DNA from: Harriotta raleighana
Taxonomy: Eukaryota
Length of the DNA stretch: 64,000 bases
Reading direction: 5' to 3'
Assembly (NCBI GenBank): GCA_050575255.1
Contig: JBNZDD010013683.1
Coordinates: 2,907,928-2,971,927, forward strand
The notes beneath the pieces are model-generated. The model was not told the origin of the DNA. It made no database searches and saw nothing but the letters and a program-made list of their open reading frames with translations. Of this stretch, positions 1 through 12,069 are shown one piece after another; within the stretch, counting starts at the first letter, position 1; the number at the start of each line of letters is the position of its first letter. A program made the position numbers and the translations under genes.

Positions 1-1235
1 TTATTGAAACGTATTTCTCCATCAGCAGTATTTTAGTCCAGTACATAGCACCTGCATTGCTAGAGGTTTTGTTTTACTTTTGCAAGGTCCAGTGATGGAC
101 TGATGGAGAAGATGAAAATCATGATGGTGATGTTGATAAGTTTGCTTTGGGAATGGATTATACTCAAACCTTATCTCAGTTAAGATGCAATTATCTCATC
201 CAGCCACAGTTAGATTTCTATCTTTCACCTTGGTGTAACATTCGAGACCATGAATGCAAGATTGACAGAGGCAAGGACTTTGGTGATGGACGTAATCTTA
301 CGTTGAATGCTCTCTCTATTATACACAGAGTACTGAGGAAATGCATGAGATGTACATTTGAAGCGCTCTGAGACGCCATCCGGCGTGGAGGGCGCTATAT
401 AAATTGAAATTGTTGTTGTTGTATTAATGCTGTGCTCGAAGTATGATGTAAGGTGATAGGTTTGTGTGTGTGAGGATTTCCTATGTGGACATTTCCTTCA
501 GGAGATCTTATGGACACTGTAAATCGGGGTGTAGGTTTTTCAAATCCCATATGTTGTTTTGTTATTTCTCAGATTGGCCATTCCCTTCAAGTAGGGAAAC
601 ATAATGACTGAGGCTGCATTCATTTGATTGTTGACACTGAATAGGAACTGAAAATTGCCCATCAGAACATTAGGATGTGGGATTGGGTTGTACAAGTTTC
701 TAACCATCTTTGATGGTTTGTTGGTTGAGAAACTGAGTGGTGATGAGGTGAGGCAAGGGAAGGAAATGACACACACCTCCCCAGGAGATAGGGGCAGTCA
801 TTCAGTGAGTAAGTGAACAAGAACAAGTTATTCTTGTGTGGCTTTGGCCTGTTTTTTGTTTAGTTTTTCTCTCACCGTCATTGTGGTCCCATATTGCCGC
901 TTTCAGGCACTTTGGATGACTTCTCAATGATGTTGTCCAGAAAACCTGGATTCCTCACGGCAAGTGTGCTAATTGCTCAGAAAGGGCTTTCTTTACAGTT
1001 AGATGAGCTAGCATAAAATTAGCTTTCAGCAGCTGGTGGAAAACATTTTAAAAGAGCCAGCTCTGAAAGATCAGGCTGAAAGCTCAGAGGAAAATAAACA
1101 AAATGAAACTTAAGGGCTGGGATTCTGTCAGGAATTCCCTGGAGGAGATTTGATTTCATGCCTCAATATTCTATACTTCTGCACTGGTTGCTAACATGAC
1201 TCCCCCCATGTTGGATCGGGGCTCAGTGATGGTTA
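1..1235 (-). pseudogene. Possible decayed terminal exon (C-terminal extension) of the DNMT1-like gene; runs off the window edge
   Basis: Ser/Pro/Asn-rich coding-like stretches broken by stops (LAVRNPGFLDNIIEKSSKVPESG; SSPLSFSTNKPSKMVRNLYNPIPHPN), downstream of a GTGAG donor at 1817. A SINE tail interrupts it at about 360-425. No recognisable homology. Confidence 0.3.
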
Positions 1236-1817
1236 CAATTTATTTATTCTAGTTTTTGAATCCAGTGTAATTTAGCATTCAGGGATTCGCTGCGCTTTAT
1301 GCGTGGAAAAATCCCAATGAAATGTTGCTTTGAGAAGTAAATCAAACTTGTCAGTCAGTGCAGTCTCTGGTATGTGATTTACAAGCCACTTTGCACATTA
1401 CTGACCTGTTCATTTAAAAGCTGAATTGAAGTGTTTAATATTGCATCGCTCATAACAGTAGTAAAAATCTCAGCTTCCGATAATAAAGATGTTCCATTAT
1501 TCAAAAGAGAAATTGTCTATAGCCCTTGGCTAGGCCTTGGATGTGAAGGCAGTTTAATTCTTCCCATTTATCCACTAGCAAGAACTACATTATGCCAAAG
1601 AGTGAAATGAGGAAATGTTTTAATTACAGTAGTCCCCAGATTTCTGAGTATTAGAATGTTGTGATAGTTACTGAGTTTGGAAGAGGGAGAGTTGTTGATA
1701 CCAAATAGATGGATAGAAAACCACCTACTCAATGTAATGTATTTTTATCCCTCTCAGACGCCTAGCTGCCTAATGACTGGTACAGTAAGAAACTTCCTCG
1801 CAGCACATTCTCCTCAC

Positions 1818-2140
1818 CATTGAACAAAAGTTGCTTCTACAGCTTATGCTACTTCCCTGTTGGTGATGTGGAGTGGGATGGGGGAGGAGATAAGCAGGGT
1901 CTCCATGGATGGGGAGGTAAGATGGGCCCTCTTGGGCCTGAGTTAGTGATCAGAGGTCTTACTCGTCAGCTTTCTAAACCAGGAAGGGAATTTCCGTGTG
2001 TGGGTGGCAATCTGCTTTGAATACTCTTATAAATACTATTCTGTTTCTGCTTGTGTTAGACAGGTACCTGATTCCCCCAAGCTCCCCAACAATCCAGCAA
2101 CATTTCTATACTTTTATGATCCAAATAAGAATACAAGACA
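1818..2140 (-). pseudogene. DNMT1-like exon remnant: MTase motifs IX-X
   Basis: GIRYLSNTSRNRIVFIR / EYSK..KFPSWFRKL / LISSPIPLHITNREVA*AV ~ [45 protein letters not shown]. Donor ATG|GTGAGG at 1817. The 5' boundary is approximate. Confidence 0.6.
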
Positions 2141-2309
2141 AGCTGACTAGATTGAGCCAGTCATTTTAGTGACCTGATCACATAAATTTTTGTTTGATAA
2201 ATATAGTAAAAAAACATTAATCTGACATCTAATCTATTTTAACGTAAGAATAGAGTTTTTTTTTCACTGTCATGCCATAAAATTTAAATCTTTGTTGCTG
2301 TATTGTTGC

Positions 2310-2665
2310 GTGGAGTCCTGTAGCTCAGTGGTGAGAACAAGCGAGAGACCTGGGTTTGATTCCTGGCAGGGCAAAATGTCGGGTAAGTTTCCTTACTCCA
2401 CACACTTCTGTTCACCGAGCAATAAATAGGAACCTGGTTGTTGGTCGATTGGCAGATCGCTTTTTTGTGGGTAACAATTCCTTTTAAAAAATTGATCACT
2501 TCAATCCAGGACAGTTTGTAGAAGACTATTGTATGCAATTGGCTGCCGCGTTTCACCCACAAAATATACAATCAATTCACTTTATATTCTGTGAATCCTT
2601 TTGAGATTTCTCAAAGATGTCATAAGGCACTATATCAAGTGCAAGGATTGTTGTTAATATTATTA
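2310..2665 (+). mobile_element. tRNA-derived SINE (Deu-like core, L2-like tail), near full length
   Basis: Head GGAGTCCTGTAGCTCAGTGG...GGTTTGATTCC (Pol III A/B boxes), core CAATTGGCTGCCGCGTTTC, tail ...TATATCAAGTGCAAGGATT followed by (TTA)n. Confidence 0.85.
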
Positions 2666-2729
2666 GTAGTAATGTATTATTATTATAAAATAGCCAGAGT
2701 TCCAAAGCTTAAATAATTTTATCTTAATA

Positions 2730-3409
2730 CAGTAAAACCCCGTTTATCCGGCACCCGAGGGACCTGGCCAGTGGCGGTTAAACGGTTTTCCAGTTGAACA
2801 TTTAAAAAATATATATTTTAACACATACCATATTAATAATAGACTAAATAATAACAGATAATAACAATATTGTATGGGTATTTTATTGTAAATGTTGTAC
2901 ACTGTACCATATAAATAATAGAGTAAATACAGTAATAACAGATACTGTAATAACAGAATTTTGTATGGGTAGTTTATTGTAAATGTTGAACAATACTTTT
3001 TCAAATAATAGACTAAATACACTAATAACAGATACTGTAATAACAGAATATTGTATTAGTACTTTATTATTTATACTTAACTTCTGCAATGGCTGCCATG
3101 GGATGAAAACCAAGCGGGAGTAGCACAATATTTTTTAAAAAGGTAATATTGCGATTTTAGGCTCGACTAGCGGCCAGCCGAGTACCTGCACCAGTACTCG
3201 CGTGNAAAAAAAGGCAATATTGCGATTTTAGGCTCGACTAGCGGCCAGCGGAGTACCTGCACCAGTACTCGCGTGCGATAATCGATTCATTAAATACATC
3301 ATCACTATTCTGCCAGATAACTTCCGGTTTATCGAATCGGGACTTTTTTGAGGTTCCAGTTCAGCGGGGTTTCCGGTTCATCGAGTCACAGATAAATGGC
3401 GTTTTACTG
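2730..3409. mobile_element. Tigger/pogo-type non-autonomous DNA transposon (MITE)
   Basis: TA|CAGTAAAACCCCGTTTATC ... GATAAATGGCGTTTTACTG|TA terminal inverted repeats with TA target site. Contains an internal ~80-bp AT-rich unit repeated about 3 times (2835-3075). Confidence 0.8.
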
Positions 3410-5054
3410 TATTATATTGACACATTTTGTTTTACTCTCTCTGTTTTTATTTCTACTTTTTCTAAAGTGNGCGGGGTTTCCGGTTCATCGAGTCACAGAT
3501 AAATGGCATTTTACTGTATTATATTAACACATTTTGTTTTACTCTCTCTGTTTTTATTTCTACTTTTTCTAAAGTGTTCACCAAAGAATGACATTTTCTA
3601 TTTCGGATCTGGTCAGTTGCTTACTAGCAATCCATTCCTTTTGGCTTACAATGTGTTAGGTAATCCGTTTTCAAGTTACATTGCAACAATGTGCTTGCGA
3701 CATATTTTCAGCTTGCTTCAAAGTACCTAAAAAATTTCCCCGACATACTGTTGGTAGATGATTAATGAACATAGGGATGACTAGCTTGGAACTGCTTGCC
3801 TTGGGGAGTGTGACAAACAGTTTTTTTTAATTAGATAACTTACTTTTTCTAAGAGCAGAAGAGTTTGTTCAGCAAGTCTGTGACAGAAGAAAACAAATAT
3901 GCAGGTAATTATATCTCTGGACTAGTCAAAGGATTTTAATTATCAGAAAAATCTAAAGTAAAACATTTTTTGAAAAATAAAAGCCCAAATTGCCGTAGAA
4001 TTTAGAAGGTTTTACAGCGTAGCCTAGGAACAGAATGCTACAGAGGATATTTGTAGAGTAACTTGATTAAAGGGTAAGGCGAAAGAGCAGTGATATAGCT
4101 TTAGTGCTGGAGTTGGCACCAGCACAGACCTGCAGAGCTGGATGGCCTCTTTTTGTGTTGTTATATAATTCAGATTCTTGTGGAGAGCTCTTCATATGGT
4201 GATGGATTTCTCTATGTGGCAGACTCCAACATTGTTTAAAAATATAAATCCATTAGATGTTTATTAATCAATGCAAAATTGTATTTATGATTAAAACAAT
4301 GTATTGAGGTTCACTGGAATGCAAGAATTCTTATTCGTATTTTATAGAGAGTATGAGGCACAGCTGACAAAAGCCAAGACTGGAGGATCCCAGTGTGTGC
4401 ATTAGGGTAATGCCAAATTATATCCAGCTAAAATTTCATAACTTGTCATTGAAAGACCAAGAATTGAATTCATATCTGATGGGTTCTATCAAGATGTCTC
4501 AAAGCGCTTCAAATTACAATCTATCAAGATGTCTCAAAGTGATTCAAATTGTAATCACAGTGTTCAAACACATAGTATCATGCAAAGTTATGCATATAAT
4601 TCTACAAAGCCCCAATACTGACAGCGCACTTTGATGTTGGAATTAAAATAAATGTTTTTTTTAAAAAACAGATGATAAGAGGGTAGCCAAATGTGATGGC
4701 CAATCCAATATTTAAACGCATTTTAAAAGGACGACTAAAATAAAATTCTATCTCACCTGACATGCTCACTTTAAGATGATAACATTAGGTTTTCCTCTAT
4801 TGAATATCTTTTTTCTTCCAAAAGATAGGATGAGACAAATGCTCATGTATCTTAAAGGAAAAATATATGCAAAGTAAAGTGCTCTATTTTTATATTTCTC
4901 AGCGTAATTTTCTTCCCTTTTTGTTAGCATTCTTGAGAGTTAACAAGGTGCGCATTGCTGACTTAGCATAAATTATTTGTCTTGCTCGTTTCCCTTATTC
5001 CCCGCCTTCCCCCATTCCGAACCTTCACCCCCACTCTCCATCTCTGGGACGTAC

Positions 5055-5300
5055 AGGAAGCCTGGGATCAAGTCTGGAAAGATATTTTCCAGGTGCTGGA
5101 AATGTGCCTGAGTTCAGCGTTCCATTATTGCAGGGCTGATTCAGTGAAATTGGAAATGGGGGTGATCACAAAATTCGCTTGGTTGAAATGTGGAAGTCAC
5201 TTGGAAACTGCCAGAGAGAGCAAAGCTCTCCATTATTATCCATAGTAATGAATAAAGTAAGTGAAGACATTGGGGTTAATTAGCTTTTCACTTGTTGCAA
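5055..5300 (-). pseudogene. DNMT1-like exon remnant: target-recognition region
   Basis: PMSSLTLFITMDNNGELCSLWQ ~ [42 protein letters not shown] ~ FNTLIPWCLPHTG..GLYGRLE. Donor GTACGT at 5054. Match is weak but the position is right. Confidence 0.4.
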
Positions 5301-5516
5301 TGTTTGTGTTAGGTTTCAGTTAAACTTACTGAGGGGAATGCTTGCTGCATGAGCACTTAAAATGTTTTCCTAATCTGCTAAATCGATGATAAGAATGTCT
5401 CTTGCTTTGCTACTAATTTCATAAGGACTCTAGGGATGCCCTTCACTTTGGGAGCAAATTCTTAGAAATACCCTGTTTGATAGTAGTAATAATAATAAAT
5501 AAAACAACTTTCTCAC

Positions 5517-6121
5517 ATTCCTTCCTCGTTGTAAACGTTTGAACCAAAGAGCAACAATTACAGCTGATGCTTGAATCAGCAGCGCCTAAAAGAGAGTTGA
5601 ATTAAAAATTTTCTTGCGGGTTAACAGGACTGATTGTTTCTTGATTTTCAGCCAGTATCAACATAGCTGATTTTGAGGGTTTTCTTTTCAATACGATGTT
5701 CTCTTTGAGAATCCGATCAAGGCTAGCTAGCGAACGAACAGATTGACAAAAGAGATAGCCCAACCACAGAAAGTGTAACGTTGCTATTATCGGAGCTCTG
5801 ACAGCCAGCAGATTGGAACAATATGGGTTCATATATTGACTTTATCTCCAACCCTCTCCCCTCCACCCACAATTCAATGAGTGATTATTTTGTAGCACAA
5901 GTATGTTGTAGGATAGTTGGCAGAACTCTATGAACCATGATAGGATACACTTGTTTTTAAGATCAAAATACTGGGATTGAATTTCCAAGAATGGTTGGAT
6001 ACAGTATAGAAGATCCAGGGTTGAACAGCCAGAAAAAAACACTGCCCTCCCTTTTGGACACCAAACAGACGTATTTGATGTGGTGTCTGCAAACGAATTC
6101 AGAATATTGTGCAGTAAAATG
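5517..6121 (-). pseudogene. DNMT1-like exon remnant: MTase core (after motif II through motif VIII)
   Basis: Acceptor tgtgcag|CAT at 6122 and donor GTGAGA at 5516. FWLFNPGSSIL ~ [40 protein letters not shown] ~ [40 protein letters not shown] ~ KLTLRCLVRMGY; SAMLILAENQETISPVNP ~ RAIILAAAPGEKLPLFP. Frameshifted. Confidence 0.75.
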
Positions 6122-6723
6122 CTGCACACAATAAAAAACATGTTAGCTTGGTCCTTTTAAACCAGGAATTGACTGTTTTAAATATGATTTCATGTTGTGA
6201 CTTATTAATTTACAAAGCATTTGAGGGCAAATCCGGTAAACTAACAGCTCTTACCCACAAAGAGCAGCTTCCATTACAGCATTGTGGCGTCGTAAATTCC
6301 TATTTAATAGAAACTTGGGCCCCTTGTAAAGTGATTTTATTTTGTCATGCTGGGAAATGCTTCCCAGTTTTTTAAAAAAAAATCTTATGCTCTCTCCCTC
6401 CCTCTATCAGTTCAGGATATTTGGCAAAGCAGAGGCAGATGACTACCTCAATTGACTATTTTTGTCCAAATAAAATACTTCTGGACATTGCGCATCACCA
6501 CAATTGCAGTACTTCTATGATTCGAAGCATGTTTTGGCTCAGAAACAATGCATGTAGATCCTAAGCACCTTTCGTTGGTTGAACATGCAGTTACAATATT
6601 TAAGTGGAACTGGGCTTGAGCCTATTTTGAAATGGGAATATTTCCATATTAAATGTAAAAAAAACTAGTTTTTTTTAAAATGGTGGAAGTAAAAAATCTT
6701 GTTAATTCAGGAGGTGCACTTAC

Positions 6724-7021
6724 AAGTTCTTACAAACTCCGACATTCTTCATAAAGAAAACAAAAGTCTTCCTAGCCCAACACTGCATCTCACACAGCTT
6801 CAGGACACCAGATCACTAGTATTTCCCTTTCCTATGCTCTTCATTCTTGAAGTTATTGCAGAGCAATGTCACAAAATTAGCACCGGCCTTGCGTTTTGCA
6901 ATCGCACTGGGAACTTGTTTGAGATGCCAGAAACGCTCTTCCCTGAAGAGCCGTGGCACATTGAGACAGAAGGGAATTTTCATCCCATCTCATGCACATC
7001 AATCGAGCAATAATCCCGGAG
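6724..7021 (-). pseudogene. DNMT1-like exon remnant: end of BAH2, KG linker and motif I
   Basis: Acceptor ttttag|CTC and donor GTAAGT. KAGANFVTLLCNNFKNEEHRKGK ~ [25 protein letters not shown]; LKLCE / CSVGLGRL / KNVGVCKNL ~ [26 protein letters not shown]. Confidence 0.5.
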
Positions 7022-7404
7022 CTAAAATCAGTTACACATACCACCAGCTGTTTTTATAAAACCAGGTAAACCATGTAATTTCATCAATCTTTAGGATTCC
7101 ATTTCTCAAGTAACAGGCCTTTGAAACAGTGTGTTTATTAAACTGCCTAAAGGGCATTTATAGCCGACCATCCAATGGAATATGAGTCACAGACTATCAC
7201 CCTTGGCAAGCCAGCTGCTCCAACCTCCTCTGAGTTCCCAGTCAGTCAACCAGGCTTATGGGGATGGTCTTCCCTGGTATTGCCAGAGATTTAATGAAGT
7301 TCCCTCTACCTCCTTGTTTTTTCTTCTGGTTAAGTGCTTGGGATCCACTTTCCAGCCAAGTCCAGTGGAGTGACTGGAATTAGGTATATGTTGTGCGGAG
7401 AAGA

Positions 7405-7545
7405 AGAAGAATGTTTACCTTTGATGCATGTTGTTGAGACATCTCAAATTGCTTCACAGAATATACTATAAAATAAATTGATTGCATATCGTGTGGGTGA
7501 AATGCAGCGGCCAATTGCACATTGCAGTGTCCCACAAACAATTGT
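7405..7545 (-). mobile_element. 5'-truncated SINE (core and tail)
   Basis: Reverse of the core GTTTGTGGGACACTGC..CAATTGGCCGCTGC and of the tail. Confidence 0.75.
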
Positions 7546-8165
7546 GGTTTGAGAATCACACAGACAATTTCCTGATGAACCAGTCCTTGATGCACCATGG
7601 TGCTGTCTTCCTAACAGTGACATTTAGACTTGACATCCCTGATGTGAATTTTGGAATGTCTTTTCAGCCATACTCAAAATGTTATTACATTCCCTCTTTG
7701 TAGGCGACAACAAAACGTATGAATCGATAATAAATCCCTAGGAATTGTTAAACAAAAATCACTGATATGAGAAATATCCTTTTTACATTTGTTTTAAAAG
7801 TAAAAGTAATGTGATTAATGCTATTTTTAAAAAAAAAGAGTTATACAGTAGTTCAGTCCAATGTACCATTAATTTGCACACCCTGGTTGAGTCCTATCTC
7901 AAGATCTTTTGATCTTTGAATGTTTCTGTAAATGTGCCCTATTTCAATGTTTTATGGCGGTAAAATTGCCACACTTACAGTGTGTTCTATGAAACTGAAG
8001 TGGAAAGAACAGTCCGTCATCCGGTATTACAGCCAACAGCAAACTTGGCCATAATACCAGATGCCCTGATGGCAGCAAACAGCAAATATTCTAATTCTCT
8101 TGATATGGAGAGTGTGTTGGCTCTACTGAGCATCTTATTAATAATACTGTATTATTTGCTCTCCT

Positions 8166-8480
8166 AATAATAGTAATCCTTGTAATTGATATAGTGCTTT
8201 CTACTTCTTCCAGATATCCCAAAGCACTTTGCAGAATATTCTGAAAAGTGAATTGATTGTATACTTGTGGGTAAAACGAAGCAGGCAATTGTGCACAGCA
8301 GTATCCCACAAACAGTTGTGGATGGAAAATTTACAATCTAAAAAAAAATTTGGCGGGATTATTATTAGGCGTGTGGAGTAAGGAAACTTGCCCAAGGTTT
8401 CGCCCTGACCTGCCTGGATTCGAACACAGGTCTCACACTTATAAGGCGAGTGCTCTAACCACTGAGCTACACGACTCCAT
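8166..8480 (-). mobile_element. Full-length tRNA-derived SINE
   Basis: Reverse-strand head TGGAGTCGTGTAGCTCAGTGGTTAGAGCACTCGCC..GTTCGAATCC, with core and tail as at 2310. Confidence 0.9.
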
Positions 8481-8654
8481 GGACTACAGGACTTCTAAGC
8501 ATTCCTCCGTTGTCTCTCCAAGCCTTAGTCCATCGTACACTCTCTTCTTTCTGTTTGTATATACTTTATGCTAAAATCAAGACTTAGTCTTCTTGACTCT
8601 AAACATTATGTCACTCATTCATTTCTGCTTGGTTTTCCTTAATCTGTCTCTTTG

Positions 8655-8795
8655 AATGGTGCCATGGGATCTTCAACATCCACCTCAACAGGCAGACAAA
8701 ACTTCAGTGTAACATCTTATCAGAGGGATGACACCCTCTGACAATGCAGCGCTCTCTCAGCAATGCATTGGAGTGTCAGCCGAGACGATGAGTTT
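8655..8795 (-). mobile_element. Old DeuSINE-type (SacSINE/AmnSINE-like) fragment
   Basis: GTGCCATGGGATCTT..CATCCACCT..CAGGCAGAC..GACAATGCAGC..CTCAG..TGCATTGGAGTGTCAGCC. Related copies at about 19850-20040, 22880-23390 (+) and 44880-45150. Confidence 0.6.
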
Positions 8796-8935
8796 AAAAT
8801 CCACTCCGGTCTTCTAGTTAACGTAATATTTGGCAGTAGTAGAACCGAGGCTAATGGGCACTAATAACATAAGTGGTGCTGCATAACCTTCTGCAACTCT
8901 CATTAAAATGGGAGAATATTATTTTTGTCTCATAC

Positions 8936-9305
8936 CAGCAATTTCTGCCTGAGTATATAATGGAATAAATATTGGTTGGAATTCTCAGGCTGTAATTATT
9001 GACCCATTAGTTGCAAAATTCATGCCAGCTGGGTAATTATAAAATGTACTGTCAATCACTCTTGCCAATAGTTCATTGCCGTAGCTTTCAACAGCAATCG
9101 ATATTTATAGACCCTTTCCGGCTCACTTGGAGCTCCATCTGAAGAAGAGGTCCCATAATGCTGAAGAATCCAAACCATGCTTATTCAGCTTAACATATGA
9201 AACAGTAGATGTTGCTCAGTTTATGGGCTTAAATGTGGTGGGTTTAGAAATAAACGCAACTGCTCTGGATTTGGCTAATCGTAGAGAATGCTCAACAAAT
9301 GTGTG
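8936..9305 (-). pseudogene. DNMT1-like exon remnant: BAH2
   Basis: LQHYGTSSSDGAPSEPERVYKY ~ [35 protein letters not shown] ~ YRPENTHK. Donor CTG|GTATGA at 8935. Confidence 0.65.
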
Positions 9306-9349
9306 CTTTACACAAAGATTTTTGGAGAAAAAACAATAATAAATTGTTC

Positions 9350-9512
9350 ATTTCATTTTATGACGGTTTGTTGTACACTTCTGTGTGCATTTGGCTGCTA
9401 TGTTTTGCCCATAAATATACAATCAATTTAGATTATAGTATATTCCGTGAAGTGCTTTGAGACATCTAGAAGACGTGAAAAGTGGTATATCAAGTGCAAG
9501 CATTATTATTAT
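9350..9512 (+). mobile_element. 5'-truncated SINE
   Basis: Core TTGGCTGC..GCCCATAAATATAC and tail GTGCTTTGAGACATCTAGAAGACGTGAAAAG..TCAAGTGCAAG(ATT)n. Confidence 0.8.
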
Positions 9513-11195
9513 ATGGAAACCAGCAACCCATTTTGCAAGCTATATTGAGAATTTCTCTGTTCACCTCTGCATTTAAGAGTTGATGAGTTTGCCTTGTGTA
9601 TCCACTATCATGGAACTGCATTCACATAATTCCTCTCATTAATGCAGTGAGTGGCCTTTCAGATTCTCTCCCTGTTATACAAATATTATTGTGACAAGGC
9701 AGAGAATTACAGACACTTGTTGTGGAGGGAGAGGGAAGCATACTCGATAACTGAAGAAACTGAAATGTCGAGATTTTATTGCCACTGGGGATCATGGGAT
9801 AATTGAAGGCAATGGCCTATTTAAGAGAGAACTGGCCTCAACGCAAAGAATGTGCGAGACTCATCCTATAAAGGTAACTTCTAATGACTCCGAACGACCT
9901 TAAATATTTTGAACCAATGACAGGTTTGAAGTGTCGACATTTTCGAACCCAAGGGCGACTGTGAGCAATGAGATTCACGAAGAGGGAACTGGGCTGGCGT
10001 GTGGGGGGAAAATGAAAGCTTGGGTTTAAAAACTCATGAATATAGGTGCTTTGGAAGAGCAGGAATGAAGAATGGCTTTATATAAACCTACTGCGGATTC
10101 CTTCTCGAGCGTTCTGCCCAGAGCACAGCAATACAGTACCACTACTCTATCTAGAGAACAACACCACAACACCACAAAACCATACACAGTGCTGAATCAA
10201 ATAGTACGTTATTTATATATTTGTTACTGCCAATGCCTAAAAATTACCTTGAAACAGTTAAGTTAAAAATGTCTTCTTCACTATCACTGACACTGAGGCA
10301 CAATGTGATATTAATTGCAGGCCTGCATGTGAGCACTTTCAAATTCTAGCTTGTGTAGGCATTCTGAAACCCAGGGGAAAGAGGTAGTTTATGAATTCTG
10401 GATTGTAGATCAGAAATTTGGCTGATTTTCAAACCTACCATTTGCTGAAAGCTAGGAAGTTCTGACGGGTGTGCGTATCGTATTGTAATTCACAAAGCAA
10501 AAGATTTTAATTGGAGACTTTGTGGGAAAATGTTTTCATTTATCAATGAACTGTAAAACCAAGACAGAAAGGTAGGGAACAAGTCATGTTCTATTTGCAA
10601 AACCAATATTACAAAATTATTTGCCTCTTTTATACTTCTGTATTTAAAAACTCCAGTATGTCAACACCTGAACTCTTCTCAATTTTGTGCTTCTCTTTAC
10701 AACGTCAGTGGTTATAGAACTTAGCCCTTTCCTCAGGTTGTCTATTGAAACAAATGGATATAAATACAACGTTTATACGAATGGCACAGGTCAATGTGGT
10801 ATTCAGGACGTCAGTGGGTAAACACCAACATAAGTGTACTTTATTATGTAATGTCAACTTTTTAAGGAACAAAAAAGGCAAGTCTTACTCTGAGAAATTG
10901 AGGATTTCTGCAGGCAATGGTTTAGTCAGCTGGATGTTTGATCCATAGCAGATGTTGCTGCCAATCAGTCACAGGACACAGTGATCTGAGGTTAAACTCA
11001 ATGTCGAGTACACTAGTTACACGACTTAGCAAGTGACTCAAAAGCTCCCATTATTCAAGAACAAGGTCACACAGCAGAGCAGGGCTTCTGACCAATTGTC
11101 TTAGTTTTCGAACAAACAGATTTATTTAACCAAAGTAATAGACTCTCATTGGCAATTGCACTGCTAATTAGTGACACACATTGTTCAGGTTTTAC

Positions 11196-11451
11196 TTAAA
11201 ATTTTGTATTTCATGTCATATCGCACACCAAATTCAACTGATTGGCACGCAAAGACAATATTCCAATGACATTTTGAATCAATCGTCAACTTGCTGATTG
11301 TAAACGCCTTTTCCTTCAAACGGTTTGTTTTACTGTGGATTTTTAAAAAAAAGTTACAGAGTTTTGGAACACAAACGGAAAGTGTTGGAGTTGTAACATG
11401 TAAAAAGAATCACTTCGAGGAGAACTAGATTCAAAAGGATGCTCCGGGTAT
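11196..11451 (-). pseudogene. DNMT1-like exon remnant: BAH1-BAH2 linker
   Basis: YPEHPFESSSP / NSNTFRLCSK / RLKEKAFTISKLTIDSK..FGVRYDM ~ YDQDYARFESPP..EDNKFKFCVSC..RQKEIPRVLEQLEDLDSR..NGILYRV. Frameshifted. Confidence 0.65.
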
Positions 11452-11679
11452 CTAAGATGACAGGTAGATTTCCTGATGTGAAAGGCCCTAATGCAAGTGT
11501 AATATTGTTGTTGTTGTAGATTTGCCTTAATATGGATACATCTAAAATACGTTGTGTGAGAGTGAGGATCTGAAAGAGGCCATGAACTGACCTCATTAGG
11601 AATGCTATGAATAAAACTATAAACCCAGTGCTTTACAGCAGATATAAAAAAGGGAAATAAGAAGCTAGTTTGCATTAAT

Positions 11680-11800
11680 AAAGTGCAAATCAGAAATGGT
11701 TATATTGCTGCTGTCTAAGTCATTGGTTCGACCACATCTAAAATATTCTGTGCAGTTTTCGTCACCTAATTTAAGATATTATTGCCCTACATATGTACAC
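11680..11800 (+). mobile_element. CR1 LINE ORF2 3' fragment
   Basis: AAGTCATTGGTTCGACCACATCTAAAATATTCTGTGCAGTTTTCGTCACCT translates as KSLVRPHLKYSVQFSSP, matching the CR1 motif LVRPHLEYCVQFWSP. Confidence 0.7.
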
Positions 11801-12069
11801 AGGGGGATTCAAGTCATGCAAAGTGTGTTATCAAGAGCACTGCACATTTTGGAAAGGAAAGAGTGATGTGGTGAAAAAACTGATGACTGGGCTTGAAATC
11901 TGTCAAAAAAAGGATAGGCTTGTTGTATCTAATAGCTTCTTTTTACTCTACAATGCCCTTGGCCTTATCCTCCTATGGAGGAAAGTAGGTGCAGTCTCCT
12001 TGGAGGGATAGACTTGTCACTGGGAGTAGGGGTTCTTCTCACTCAGCTGTTTTAATGGGTGGGGTGGTC

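Noticed and set aside
3137-3575. Near-identical direct repeats flanking single Ns (3205, 3470; also 14855, 22143, 23125, 30709, 30930, 31299, 41375, 52322)
   Set aside because: Each repeat straddles a lone N and differs by only a few bases. These are unmerged contig overlaps or alleles, not biological tandem repeats.
8400-8480. tRNA-like sequences (also 2310, 22270, 22410, 31970, 52540, 54210, 57650)
   Set aside because: All are heads of the same SINE family, attached to its core and tail; they are not tRNA genes.
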